Assembly: GCA_963665095.1 (NCBI GenBank)
Contig: OY762069.1
Coordinates: forward strand, 928,001 to 992,000
Origin: an uncultured Desulfobacter sp.
GTDB taxonomy: Bacteria; Desulfobacterota; Desulfobacteria; Desulfobacterales; Desulfobacteraceae
DNA: 64,000 nucleotides
Reading direction: 5' to 3'
Numbering within the stretch: position 1 is the stretch's first letter; every line of letters starts with the position of its first letter. Below, one piece after another: positions 40,324 through 50,494 of the stretch. The notes beneath the pieces were generated by a model. That model was given only the letters and a program-made list of their open reading frames with translations. It did not search any database and was not told the DNA's origin. Made by a program: the position numbers and the translations under genes.

Positions 40324-41064
40324 ATGGGACTGATTGCTGGTATTCGATATAACATCCGTGGTACAGCTCTGGCCTTGAAAACACCAGAACTTTTGATTCT
40401 GGGGCTTATACGGTTCGCTGTGGTCTTTCTGTTAACCATTTTACTTATCAGTATGGTGCTCTACTGGCACAATGATATTCTGTCCGCCATCTGGCAGATG
40501 CCTGAAAGTCGGTGGCTTGTCTGGTTGTGGCATGTTGTTTCCTGGTTTTTAACCGCATTTCTGGCGGCCTTAGCCATGCTGGTTTCCTATCTGTTGTCCC
40601 AGATTTTTTTCTGCGTGTTTATTATGGATTATATGTCCAGGATCACTGAGCGGATCATGCTGGGAAAAGAGGCCCCCAGTGCCCATACATCCATATTCGG
40701 GTTGTTTTTTCATTTAGTACGACAGGAGATACCCAGGGCTGTTATCCCTGTGGTGATTTCCATTGTCATTATGCTTGTAGGGCTGCTCACGCCGGTTAGC
40801 CTTGTGATTCTGGCTGTTTCATCCATTGCTGCTGCAGTGTTTCTGGCCTGGGACAATACCGACCTTGTACCGGCAAGACGCATGCAGCCCTTTAAGGAAC
40901 GGTTTCAGTTTTTAAAGAAAAATATTTTATTTCATATCGGGTTCGGGCTGTTGTTCCTGGTACCCTGGTTGAATATCCTGTTTTTGTCCTTTGCCCCGGT
41001 GGGCGCCACACTTTATTATTTAGACAGGGAAGGAGGCGGCCAGGGCAGTGGAACTCGTCTGTAA
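40324..41064 (+). CDS. EI24/CysZ-like membrane protein
   Basis: Multiple TM helices; LFLVPWLNI...P.GAT tail. Confidence 0.7.
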   Translation: MGLIAGIRYNIRGTALALKTPELLILGLIRFAVVFLLTILLISMVLYWHNDILSAIWQMPESRWLVWLWHVVSWFLTAFLAALAMLVSYLLSQIFFCVFIMDYMSRITERIMLGKEAPSAHTSIFGLFFHLVRQEIPRAVIPVVISIVIMLVGLLTPVSLVILAVSSIAAAVFLAWDNTDLVPARRMQPFKERFQFLKKNILFHIGFGLLFLVPWLNILFLSFAPVGATLYYLDREGGGQGSGTRL

Positions 41065-41440
41065 AAAAGCCGATCCGGAAACCGGGACGCGCAGTGATGC
41101 CCAGAGCATAGAACTGCCGGAGCCGGTTATTTCCTGCCGCAACTGCCTGTCCTTAATAACAAGACCGATATTTTCACTGAATACGGGCCAGGGCTTTGCC
41201 CAGACCTTTGCCAATCCGGCAGGCCATGTTTTTGAAATCGGCTGTTTCAGCAGTGCTGACGGATGCGTGCGGGCATCTGCCCCATCCAGTGAATTTTCAT
41301 GGTTCCCAGGATTTGACTGGTCCATTGGCATATGCCGAAATTGCGCAATACAACTGGGCTGGATATTTTTTCCGACCCGGGAAGGGCAGGGCAGCAGGTT
41401 TTATGGCTTAATCCTGGATATGCTGATCTTTCCATCTTAG
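41048..41440 (+). CDS. Cereblon-family (CULT domain) protein
   Basis: CRNC...FANPAG.VF...FSWFPGFDW...CRNC...LGW.F. Confidence 0.85.
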   Translation: MELVCKKADPETGTRSDAQSIELPEPVISCRNCLSLITRPIFSLNTGQGFAQTFANPAGHVFEIGCFSSADGCVRASAPSSEFSWFPGFDWSIGICRNCAIQLGWIFFPTREGQGSRFYGLILDMLIFPS

Positions 41441-41450
41441 GCAGTACACA

Positions 41451-41507
41451 AAACCGGAAAAGCCAGGTGTTATTTTGGGGTAACAGCACAAGGGGCTTTT
41501 CCGGTTT
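41451..41507. terminator. Hairpin between convergent genes
   Basis: AAACCGGAAAAGCC...GGCTTTTCCGGTTT. Confidence 0.6.
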
Positions 41508-41542
41508 CGCATGGCCGTTGTCACCAGGACAGCATCGTCTTT

Positions 41543-42982
41543 TTACATTATTGCTTTATTAAGTGCCAGATGGCACAGGATACTTAGAATATAACCCATG
41601 GCAATGACAGGGGTCCACTTCAAATGGACGCCAAAGGTATAGGTTCCCCTTGCCGTTCCCATAAGGGCCACGCCAGCAGCTGACCCGATTGCCAGCATGC
41701 TGCCGCCGGTACCTGCTGTCAGCGTGACCAGCAGCCATTGACCGTGAGACATGGATGGATCCATGGTGAGAACCGCGAACATGACTGGAATGTTATCCAC
41801 AATAGCTGACAGAACGCCCACAAAGCTGTTTGCCCAGGTAGCGCCTAAATCCAGGTACATAAATTTTGAAATCATGGCCAGATATCCGAACTGGGCAAGG
41901 CCCCCTACGCACAAAATGACCCCGTAGAAAAACAAAAGCGTATCCCATTCGGCTCTGGATATCTTTTTCATAATATCAAAAGGTATAAACTTGTCCGAAG
42001 GGTTACAGTTATGATCCCTGACACCGAGGATGGCATCATATTTGTGGCTGCGGTTTTCATGGCGCTTGATGTGATAGGAAAAAATCCCAAGATATCCCAG
42101 CCCCAGCATCATTCCGGCTGCCGGAGGCAGGTGAAGCGCGTTATGAAAGCTCACAGCTGTCACGATGGTTGCCAGAAACAGCCCCACAATGACCCAGGCA
42201 CCGTATTTCATGGAAACAGACTCTTCCAGCGCTTCAGGCACATCCCTGTCAACGAAGAGGCTCATGACCACCGCCGGAACCAGCCAGTTCACAAGGGAAG
42301 GAATAAAGATGGCAAAGAATTCCGAAAAGGCCACCTTGCCTTTCTGCCAGACCATAAGGGTTGTAATATCACCAAAAGGAGAAAATGCCCCGCCGGCATT
42401 GGCGGCCACCACAATATTGATACAGGCAAGGCTGATGAAGCGTTTGTTTTTTCCGCCCACGGCCATGGCCACAGCCCCCATGAGAAGCGCGGTTGTCAGA
42501 TTGTCTGCCACAGGCGAGATAACAAATGCCAGCAGGCCGGTAATCCAGAAAATTTTTCTGAGCGAGAAGCCGCGGGAGACCAGAAAGGCACGCAGCTTTT
42601 GAAATACATTTCGCTCCTCCATGGCATTGATATATGTCATGGCAGCCAGCAGAAATAAAAACAGTTCCGCATATTCGACCAGGCTGTGCTTGATGGCCTC
42701 ATGGGCCGTATGCGTATCACCAATGCCGTTGTAGGCAAGCGCCACCAGGAACCATATGATACCTGCCGCCAGCAACACCGGTTTGCTTTTTCTAAGATGG
42801 ATATTGTTCTCCAGCGGGACCAGTGTATAGGCCGCCACAAAAAAGAGTACGGCAAGACATCCGTAAACCGTGCCGGTAAGTTCCAGAACTTGTGCATCTG
42901 CCGTCTCGGCCAGGGCTGAACCCATGAACGGCAGTATCAGCAATCCAGTTGCCATCAACATACATTTAACTACATCTTTCAT
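41543..42982 (-). CDS. nhaD: Na+/H+ antiporter NhaD
   Basis: ADNLTTAL, ANAGGAFSPFGDITT, SAIVDNIP, GSAAGV. Confidence 0.92.
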   Translation of the reverse strand: MKDVVKCMLMATGLLILPFMGSALAETADAQVLELTGTVYGCLAVLFFVAAYTLVPLENNIHLRKSKPVLLAAGIIWFLVALAYNGIGDTHTAHEAIKHSLVEYAELFLFLLAAMTYINAMEERNVFQKLRAFLVSRGFSLRKIFWITGLLAFVISPVADNLTTALLMGAVAMAVGGKNKRFISLACINIVVAANAGGAFSPFGDITTLMVWQKGKVAFSEFFAIFIPSLVNWLVPAVVMSLFVDRDVPEALEESVSMKYGAWVIVGLFLATIVTAVSFHNALHLPPAAGMMLGLGYLGIFSYHIKRHENRSHKYDAILGVRDHNCNPSDKFIPFDIMKKISRAEWDTLLFFYGVILCVGGLAQFGYLAMISKFMYLDLGATWANSFVGVLSAIVDNIPVMFAVLTMDPSMSHGQWLLVTLTAGTGGSMLAIGSAAGVALMGTARGTYTFGVHLKWTPVIAMGYILSILCHLALNKAIM

Positions 42983-43211
42983 CTATGTAACTCCCTTCTT
43001 TTTGTTGTCACCGCATTAGATCCGGATCAAGTAATCTAACAAAGCAGCATCATTTTCACCTCAACACCGTGGACCCTTTTTCCAGCGTCATGTCAGGGGT
43101 CCACCAACTGACAATTTTAGTTGCAAACAAAAAGGAACGATGATAGAGACCCTGAATATTTCGGTCAAATAGATAATATAGTCGATACCATTCGACAAAA
43201 GCGAACGAACT

Positions 43212-44120
43212 ATGGAATGGCTTAATTACCATCATCTTTTTTATTTCTGGACTGTCATGAAAGAGGGCAGTATCACGGCGGCCAGCAGCAGGCTCAGTCT
43301 TGCCCAGTCCACTGTCAGCGCCCAGCTGACCAAATTAGAGGAGTCCTTTGGGGGCAAACTGTTCAACCGGCAGGGACGCAAACTTGAGGCCACGGATTTA
43401 GGGCAGCTGGTGTTTCAATATGCGGATAAGATATTTTCCCTGGGTCGTGAACTGATGGACCAGATTCACAGCCGGCCTGTGATCGGCCCGCTGTCATTAC
43501 GGGTGGGTATTGTGGATGTGGTGCCGAAACTTGTGGCCAGAAAACTGATTGAACCAGCCCTTAACATGGGGAAAAATATCCGCCTGGCCTGCCATGAAGG
43601 CAAAGAAACAGATCTTCTGGCAGAACTTGCCCTGCATAAACTGGATCTGGTCATTTCGGACGGACTGCCGAAACCCGGCTTAAGTGTAAAGACATATAAC
43701 CATTTTTTAGGGGAGTGCGGCATCACCTTTTTTGCGGAAAAGAAACTGGCCCAGGGCCTGTTAAAAACATTTCCCCAGTGTCTGGATAATGCGCCCATGG
43801 TCATGCCCCTGAGCATGTCCATGCTCAGGGGTGCGATAGACCAGTGGTTTGACGCCCTGTCCATTCGACCGGTCATAGTTGCAGAGTTTGAAGATAATGC
43901 GCTGTTAACTGTTTTCGGGCAGGCCGGTGACGGTGTTTTTATGGCCCCCACCATTATAGAATCAGAGGTCGCGACCCAATACCAGGTGGATATTATCGGC
44001 CGGTGCGACAATATCAAGGAAAGATTTTACGCCATCTCCGTGGAACGGATACTCAAGCATCCGGCAGTTGTCGCCATCACAGACACAGCCCGTCATTCGA
44101 TTTTCCATAGCAGCCTTTAA
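43212..44120 (+). CDS. nhaR: LysR-type transcriptional activator NhaR
   Basis: LNYHHLFYFW N-terminus; divergent from nhaD. Confidence 0.9.
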   Translation: MEWLNYHHLFYFWTVMKEGSITAASSRLSLAQSTVSAQLTKLEESFGGKLFNRQGRKLEATDLGQLVFQYADKIFSLGRELMDQIHSRPVIGPLSLRVGIVDVVPKLVARKLIEPALNMGKNIRLACHEGKETDLLAELALHKLDLVISDGLPKPGLSVKTYNHFLGECGITFFAEKKLAQGLLKTFPQCLDNAPMVMPLSMSMLRGAIDQWFDALSIRPVIVAEFEDNALLTVFGQAGDGVFMAPTIIESEVATQYQVDIIGRCDNIKERFYAISVERILKHPAVVAITDTARHSIFHSSL

Positions 44121-44454
44121 ATAACAGAGGGACGATTAATATTAGACTTATGTTAAATTGTCTGGAACTAATTGATAATTTGGTAAAAAAACTGTTAATA
44201 CAACGAACAATTACAACCGAACCTGAATATAGGGCAAAATATTTAGTTAGGGATCAGATAGAACGACAGCCGAAGTTACAAACATTTTTTTTGTTTGTGT
44301 TCAACTGGGGCTCCTTTACCGGATCCCGTTTTTTTTTGTCCCAAAGCCAGAAACAGCCAGATACTTGAATTACAACAAAATGATAAGATTCCTGTTTGAA
44401 GACAAGGAGAATGTTCAACTTAACGCTTCAAGTTGATTGGATAAATAGTGGCAC

Positions 44455-46794
44455 ATGCGGAATATGAAAATTTTAGCTTTCCTTGATGTGGATATGCTTA
44501 ATCTTGAAGAATTTCACCCGCGGTTTTTAACCAGGGGGACTATTACCTTCGGAGCAGTTCTGATTATGCTTGCCTGGGCTTTGTTTCTATTTCAGGTGGA
44601 TAAAAACAAAAATGAACTGCTGGCCGGTCTCGAACGTGAACAAAAAAATCTGGCCGGTGTGCTGGGTGAAAACCTGTTCCAGATCCTTGAACAGCGCCAC
44701 ACCATAGAGCTCTTTGCATCCAAGTGGTTTGATGGAACAAAAGAGCCTTCGAAAGATGTCACAGGGTTTCTTTATGGAGAAAGGACGTTTACCCGAATTG
44801 TTCTTTATGATCTGTCCGGCCAGGCCTTTTATGAATCTTCTCCCGGCGGCGGGAACCGGCCGGACAGGGTGAAAAAGCAGATTGAAACGATGCTGGCCAC
44901 AGGCCGGCCGGTCCTTATAATCAAGGAAAGTGATCCATCCAGCATATCCTGGCAGGTACCGTTCCTGTTCCCCATTAGAATTGGCGCCGGCATAAAGGGC
45001 GCTATGCGCCTGGAGTTGGATTTCGGATACTTTCTTAACCTCTTACAAAATATTGATATCGGTAGAACCGGAACGATAATAGTTCAATATGAGCCGGGTG
45101 AAGAGGTGGCCCGATTTGAAAGGGGAGGGCTTGTCGTTGGAGCATCGCCAATAAACAAAATGGTGGCCGGATCAATGACAGGGGATTCGGGTTTCGGCAT
45201 TTTCAGACATTCTGATTTTGGAAATTGTTATTTAACATACCTGCACGTTCATGATACCCCTTTTTCTGTGACCATCGGCATCGGTCAGGAGGAATTTCTT
45301 TCCGATTTTAATCAGTATAGAACACGGCTGCTTGGGGTTTTGATCATCCTGACCACCTTAGGCCTTTCAGGCATTGTTCTTTTGTTTAAGATAATCAAGC
45401 GAACCCAGGCGTATATGGAGGCCCTATCCCTTTCCAATCAGAAAAACGAGCAGTTAATACAACAGCTTGAAAAAGAATATAAGGCATCTGAAAAAGCAGC
45501 CTCCCTTGACCCTTTAACCGAATTGTACAACAGAAATTTGTTTGTCTCCCTGGCCGGGAAAAGTCTGCTTCAGGCAAAGCGCAACAAATTTTCTTATGCC
45601 GTGCTCTTTATCGATCTTGACCGGTTTAAAAAGATCAATGATACCCTCGGCCACCATATCGGGGATCTGCTGTTGAAAGAGGTGAGCAGACGTCTGAAAG
45701 AGTGTACCAGGGAATCAGATATTGTTGCCAGATTCGGAGGAGATGAATTTGTTGTAATGCTCACTGAGATGGCCAGGGAACAGGATATTTCCACGGTGGT
45801 AAAAAATATTACGGCCACCCTTTCCAAGCCTTGCCCGGATCTGGACGGCCATCAGATCATCACAAGTCCGAGTATCGGTATTGCTGTCTATCCCAGAGAT
45901 GGCGAGGACATTGAAGCGCTTTTGCTCAATGCGGATGCAGCAATGTATAAAGCCAAAAAATCGGGCCGGGGGCAGTACCGCTTTTTTGATCCCGGACTGA
46001 ATACTGTATCAGTTGAAAAGTTTGCCCTTGAACAGCGCATGCCTTCAGCCATCATCAGTGGAGAGTTTGTTCTTCACTATCAGCCTAAAGTGCGTATGCA
46101 TGATTACCGGGTGGTCGGGCTCGAAGCCCTCATACGTTGGCAGCATCCTGATCATGGCCTGATTTTTCCATTGGATTTTATTCAGATTGCGGAAGAGACG
46201 GGACTGATTACAGATCTTGGGGCCTGGGTCGTGGAGGCTGCCTGCCGGCAGTTGGCCGACTGGCGTGCTTCCGGGTTGGAGCTTATGCCCATTGCTGTGA
46301 ATGTGTCTCCCCTTGAACTCAAAGACGGGGAATATGCAGGCCGGTTTCAAAGAATTCTTGAACTGTATGATATCCCGCTTACATATATTGAAATTGAAGT
46401 GACTGAAAACGCATTTATTGACGACAGGGAAATAGTCATCACTAACCTCAAGGCGTTGTTTGACAGGGGCGTTAAAATTTTCCTGGATGATTTTGGTACG
46501 GGATTTTCAAGTCTGGATCATATCCGGCTGCTTCCAGTAAATTCGCTTAAAATCGACCGGAGCTTTATCCAGGATATCCGGCACAGTTACCATGACAATC
46601 CCATTGTATCTTCAACCATTATTCTGGCAAAAAAGCTGAACTTAAGCGTTGTGGCCGAAGGCGTTGAAACCAACGATCAGTTGGTCAGCCTCAGAGTGGC
46701 CGGATGCGAACAGGTTCAGGGGTACCTTTTCAGCCGCCCGGTTCCTGAAACAGAAATCCGCGAATTTCTCATTTCGCCTATAAGGAGGATATGA
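44455..46794 (+). CDS. Membrane sensor GGDEF-EAL protein (diguanylate cyclase/phosphodiesterase)
   Basis: Two TM helices with a periplasmic domain; RESD I-site, GGDEF, EAL, DDFGTG. Confidence 0.93.
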   Translation: MRNMKILAFLDVDMLNLEEFHPRFLTRGTITFGAVLIMLAWALFLFQVDKNKNELLAGLEREQKNLAGVLGENLFQILEQRHTIELFASKWFDGTKEPSKDVTGFLYGERTFTRIVLYDLSGQAFYESSPGGGNRPDRVKKQIETMLATGRPVLIIKESDPSSISWQVPFLFPIRIGAGIKGAMRLELDFGYFLNLLQNIDIGRTGTIIVQYEPGEEVARFERGGLVVGASPINKMVAGSMTGDSGFGIFRHSDFGNCYLTYLHVHDTPFSVTIGIGQEEFLSDFNQYRTRLLGVLIILTTLGLSGIVLLFKIIKRTQAYMEALSLSNQKNEQLIQQLEKEYKASEKAASLDPLTELYNRNLFVSLAGKSLLQAKRNKFSYAVLFIDLDRFKKINDTLGHHIGDLLLKEVSRRLKECTRESDIVARFGGDEFVVMLTEMAREQDISTVVKNITATLSKPCPDLDGHQIITSPSIGIAVYPRDGEDIEALLLNADAAMYKAKKSGRGQYRFFDPGLNTVSVEKFALEQRMPSAIISGEFVLHYQPKVRMHDYRVVGLEALIRWQHPDHGLIFPLDFIQIAEETGLITDLGAWVVEAACRQLADWRASGLELMPIAVNVSPLELKDGEYAGRFQRILELYDIPLTYIEIEVTENAFIDDREIVITNLKALFDRGVKIFLDDFGTGFSSLDHIRLLPVNSLKIDRSFIQDIRHSYHDNPIVSSTIILAKKLNLSVVAEGVETNDQLVSLRVAGCEQVQGYLFSRPVPETEIREFLISPIRRI

Positions 46795-46795
46795 A

Positions 46796-47692
46796 ATGAA
46801 TGTATACGTTACCAGACGCTTGATTGTATTCATCTGTCTTTTATTGTCTTTTTCTTCTGCATTTGCACAACCTTCTTCAGCGGATCCCTCTTCCGACGTT
46901 CTCTATTTTTCATTGATTCCTAAAAAAAACATTGACCAGCAGATTAGGGAATTAGCCCCTTTGATTGATCTTTTAGAAAAACAATTGCAAAAATCCATTA
47001 AGATTATCCGGCCCCAGTCCTATAATGCTGTCATGGAAGGGATACTCTCCAAAACAATTGATTTCGCCATCCTCGGCCCGGCCTCCTATGCCAAGGCAAG
47101 GGCAAGGGACAGCCGGATAGAGGCGTTTGCATCCTTTTCCAGAAAAAAGGGGTTCATTACCCCCGAAGGAAGCTATTATTATTCAGTGCTGTTTACTTTG
47201 AAAAAAAACAGATTTAAATCGATTGAGGATTTAAAGCAAAAAAAAATTGCCCTGACAGATCCGGAAAGTACGTCTGGATCTGTCATACCCAACATGGCAT
47301 TTTCAAAACATCTCGGTACCTCCCTGAAAGATTTTTTTGAAACCATTGTCTATACAGGGTCTCACGATCGTTCTATTCAATCAGTCCTGCGCGGGCATGT
47401 GGATGCGGCCTTTGTCTCTTCTTCCCGTATTGATGAGGCGGTTGAAAAAAAGGTTCTTGCTCCTGAGCAGGTAGAGATCCTGTGGCAATCCCAACCCATT
47501 CATCACGATCCTTTTGTATTCAGCAGTAAAGTGGACAATTCCTTGAAAAATCAGATAAAAAAAGTCATGTTATCGTCACAGCCCTGCCTTAACGCCATGT
47601 TGGAAAACATGCATATGGCGGGCATTGTGGCGGTTTCTGATGAAAACTATCAGGCAATTCATGAAATTGTTTCCATACAAAACCGCCAGTAA
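46796..47692 (+). CDS. phnD: Phosphate/phosphonate-type substrate-binding protein (PhnD-like)
   Basis: Signal peptide; DPESTSG, GSHD.SI..V..G.VDAA. Confidence 0.8.
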   Translation: MNVYVTRRLIVFICLLLSFSSAFAQPSSADPSSDVLYFSLIPKKNIDQQIRELAPLIDLLEKQLQKSIKIIRPQSYNAVMEGILSKTIDFAILGPASYAKARARDSRIEAFASFSRKKGFITPEGSYYYSVLFTLKKNRFKSIEDLKQKKIALTDPESTSGSVIPNMAFSKHLGTSLKDFFETIVYTGSHDRSIQSVLRGHVDAAFVSSSRIDEAVEKKVLAPEQVEILWQSQPIHHDPFVFSSKVDNSLKNQIKKVMLSSQPCLNAMLENMHMAGIVAVSDENYQAIHEIVSIQNRQ

Positions 47693-47745
47693 CAATTCAG
47701 CTCCAGTTTGACAATCCAGTTTACAGGCAGGCCCTCAAGAGAATA

Positions 47746-47928
47746 TTGTCGGCCTGCAAGGCCAAAGAGAAACCAGGCTTTATTTTTTCAGGAGAGCTGG
47801 ATAACTCAATTGAACTCCTGAATAAAGGTTTTAGCGGTGTGGCCTATAGCATTGATGCCAAGATGCTTGCTGATGCCTATAAAAACCACTTGAAACTGAT
47901 CCAGGATGGCTTGAACGAAGTCAAATAG
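47746..47928 (+). pseudogene. Possible C-terminal fragment of an HpcH/HpaI aldolase-like protein
   Basis: ACKAKEKPGFIF...KGFSGVAYSIDA; no credible start. Confidence 0.35.
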
Positions 47929-48057
47929 ATATAGCGGACAGGATGTACCTTATGTCCGGTAGGATCCCAGTTCAAGCATCCGGGTGACAGACATGGACTC
48001 CGCCAGGACCTTTTTCGTCCAGTCGTAGTCCAGCGGGTCAACGATCAGTGCCCGGAA

Positions 48058-49907
48058 CCCTAATCCACCATCAAAAAAATAAAAAACCCCGTTGTGCTTG
48101 ATGGTTCAAGCAGATAGAGTATTTGTGCGAACAAAAAACTATCACCAACGGGGTGCAACAAACTATGCCACAGGGAATCTTACCATTCAAGTACGAACAG
48201 GAAAAAACTGACGGAGGCTCAACTGCATTGGGTGGGCTGCCGCTTTATCTTGATTTGGCAAAAGTGATTGGGCTGACCAAATCGATTCAAAAGCATTTAA
48301 CCGTAAAGAAGGGCTCCCAGGGCTGGACAGACTCCCAGTTTGTATTGTCTGGTATCCTGTTGAACCTTGCAGGCGGCAACTGCGTTGACGATCTGAATAT
48401 TTTAAATGCGGATCATGGATTTTGCAGGATACTACATTCAACTGAGAACTATAAGCTGCCACGCAAAGAGAGGCGTGAGATCGAACGAAGATGGCGCAAA
48501 GAGAAACAGCGATTTGTTCCTTCTGCTTCAGCCATGTTCAGATACCTGAAGGCCTTTCATGATGTCGCCCAAGAGCAGTTACGCTCAGAGTCCTCAATCA
48601 AAGCTTTCATTCCGGCCTCTAACCGCCACCTTAAAGGTTTCGCGCATATCAACAAAGATATGTGTGATGCCATGAATGGGGCACGTCCATGCATAACAGC
48701 CACTCTGGATCAGGATGCGACCCTGGTTGAGACAGGCAAACAGGAAGCAAGCTTCTGTTATAAAGGATTCAAGGCTTATCAGCCCTTCAATACATGGTGG
48801 GCTGAACAGAATATGATCCTGCACACTGAATTTCGGGATGGGAATGTTCCGGCAGGACACGAGCAATTAAGAGTTTTCAAAGAAGCCCTGGCCTGTTTAC
48901 CCCAGGGAGTCGAAAAAGTCCGGCTCAGATCAGATACCGCCGGCTACCAACATGACCTCTTAAAGTATTGTGATTCAGCAGACAACAATCGATTCGGGAG
49001 AATTGAATTTGCTGTTGGGTGTGATGTCACTCAATCATTCAAAATTGCCGTAGCCCAAGTTCCTTCCTCTGAATGGAAGCCGATCTATAAAGAAATGAAC
49101 GGTAAAAAAATGAAGACCGGCAGTGAATGGGCAGAAGTCTGCTTTGTCCCCTCAAGAATAGGGAAAAGCAAAAAAGGGCTTGAGTACCGTTATCTTGCCA
49201 AACGTCAGGTGCTTGAACCGGTTCTTCCAGGCATGGAAGACAAACAAATGCAATTGCCGTTTCCGACCATGGAGATGGATGAGCTCCGGTATAAAGTGTT
49301 TGGTATTGTCTCCAATATTCCGGAACAGGATATGTATGGAGAGGACCTTATCCACTGGCTGCACAAAAGATGCGGCAAAAGCGAGGAGGTTCACTCCATA
49401 ATGAAAAAGGATCTGGCCGGGGGGACATTGCCTTCGGGTAACTTTGGAGAAAATGCAGCCTGGTGGTGGATGATGATCCTGGCGCTTAATCTAAACCAGA
49501 TGTTGAAACGCTTGGCATTCGAGCCCCAAATGATGGGCAGAAGGATGAAAGCCATCCGGTTTTCAATTATCAATATCCCTGGTCGAATAGTAAAAAGGTC
49601 CAGAGAGTTGATCCTTAGGCTATCCAAAGGTCATCCTTGCTTTAACGTTTTAGTAGGAGCCCGAAAACGGATCGCCTTGCTGGAAGGGCTGTCGTCAGGA
49701 TAACGGTTCTCAGGAGGTAACTGGATAATTTGTTGGAATTTTGAAAGGAATGGAAGTACAAAGGGGGACGTGCGTCTAAAATTCTGTCCGAATTGTAGCG
49801 CGGACGCCGGTTATGCCAAAAGCCACGCACGCGGCTGGAAATTTTTTAAGAAAAAGCAAAAAATCCAGCCACGGAATGCCACGTAAAAAATTGGCGGTGG
49901 ATTTGGG
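48058..49907 (+). mobile_element. IS1380-family element
   Basis: Inverted repeats CCCTAATCCACC/GGTGGATTTGGG; 5-bp target duplication CGGAA. Confidence 0.9.
48165..49703 (+). CDS. IS1380-family transposase
   Basis: TLDQDAT, FRDGNV, RSDTAGY, RCGKSEE, F.ENAAW. Confidence 0.9.
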   Translation: MPQGILPFKYEQEKTDGGSTALGGLPLYLDLAKVIGLTKSIQKHLTVKKGSQGWTDSQFVLSGILLNLAGGNCVDDLNILNADHGFCRILHSTENYKLPRKERREIERRWRKEKQRFVPSASAMFRYLKAFHDVAQEQLRSESSIKAFIPASNRHLKGFAHINKDMCDAMNGARPCITATLDQDATLVETGKQEASFCYKGFKAYQPFNTWWAEQNMILHTEFRDGNVPAGHEQLRVFKEALACLPQGVEKVRLRSDTAGYQHDLLKYCDSADNNRFGRIEFAVGCDVTQSFKIAVAQVPSSEWKPIYKEMNGKKMKTGSEWAEVCFVPSRIGKSKKGLEYRYLAKRQVLEPVLPGMEDKQMQLPFPTMEMDELRYKVFGIVSNIPEQDMYGEDLIHWLHKRCGKSEEVHSIMKKDLAGGTLPSGNFGENAAWWWMMILALNLNQMLKRLAFEPQMMGRRMKAIRFSIINIPGRIVKRSRELILRLSKGHPCFNVLVGARKRIALLEGLSSG

Positions 49908-50494
49908 CGGAAATGAAACCGTTTTCCCTCAAGAAAAACACCGTGGGAGTCGTCTATATGGAGCTTGGAATTTACCCAGCTGGGTAGCTTGGATGGCTTT
50001 TTCTTCCCCCGCAGGTTCTGTATAAGCTTTTCATGCTTATCCTGGTTGATCACCAGATCCAGCTTAAGGCCGTAAAGACTGAACAGTTTTTTGATGTATT
50101 TGGACTTGCGGTGGGAGGTGGTGTAGATTCCTATCTGCCAGCCGAGCTTTCGTAACTGCTTGAAAAGATCTACGGTTCCGTAGCGCAAGGGTTCCATGCG
50201 GAACCACCTGTGATGCCATGGCAGGGTCACAGGCTCGGTTGGGATATCCGGTTGCCAGCAGATGAGGGTGTCATCCAGGTCAAAGGTTATCAACAAAGGT
50301 CAACTCCATTTTCTATAATCTTTTCATACCTGATACTAATTATGCCAATTGTGTTAAGAAAATATTAGGACGATATTAGAAACATGTTAATTTGACCGGG
50401 ATAAAATTCAATGATTCTGTTTGGAAAGCCAATCTGAATTGACTCGCGCCCAGGTTTCGCATACATTTATACAAATCAGTTACAGGAGGATGAA

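Larger units (their letters stand above)
47950..50296 (-). pseudogene. HAD-like hydrolase interrupted by IS1380
   Basis: FDLDDTL, IYTTS, LHIDDS; frame continues FRALIVDPLDYDWTKKVL on the other side of the IS. Confidence 0.82.
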
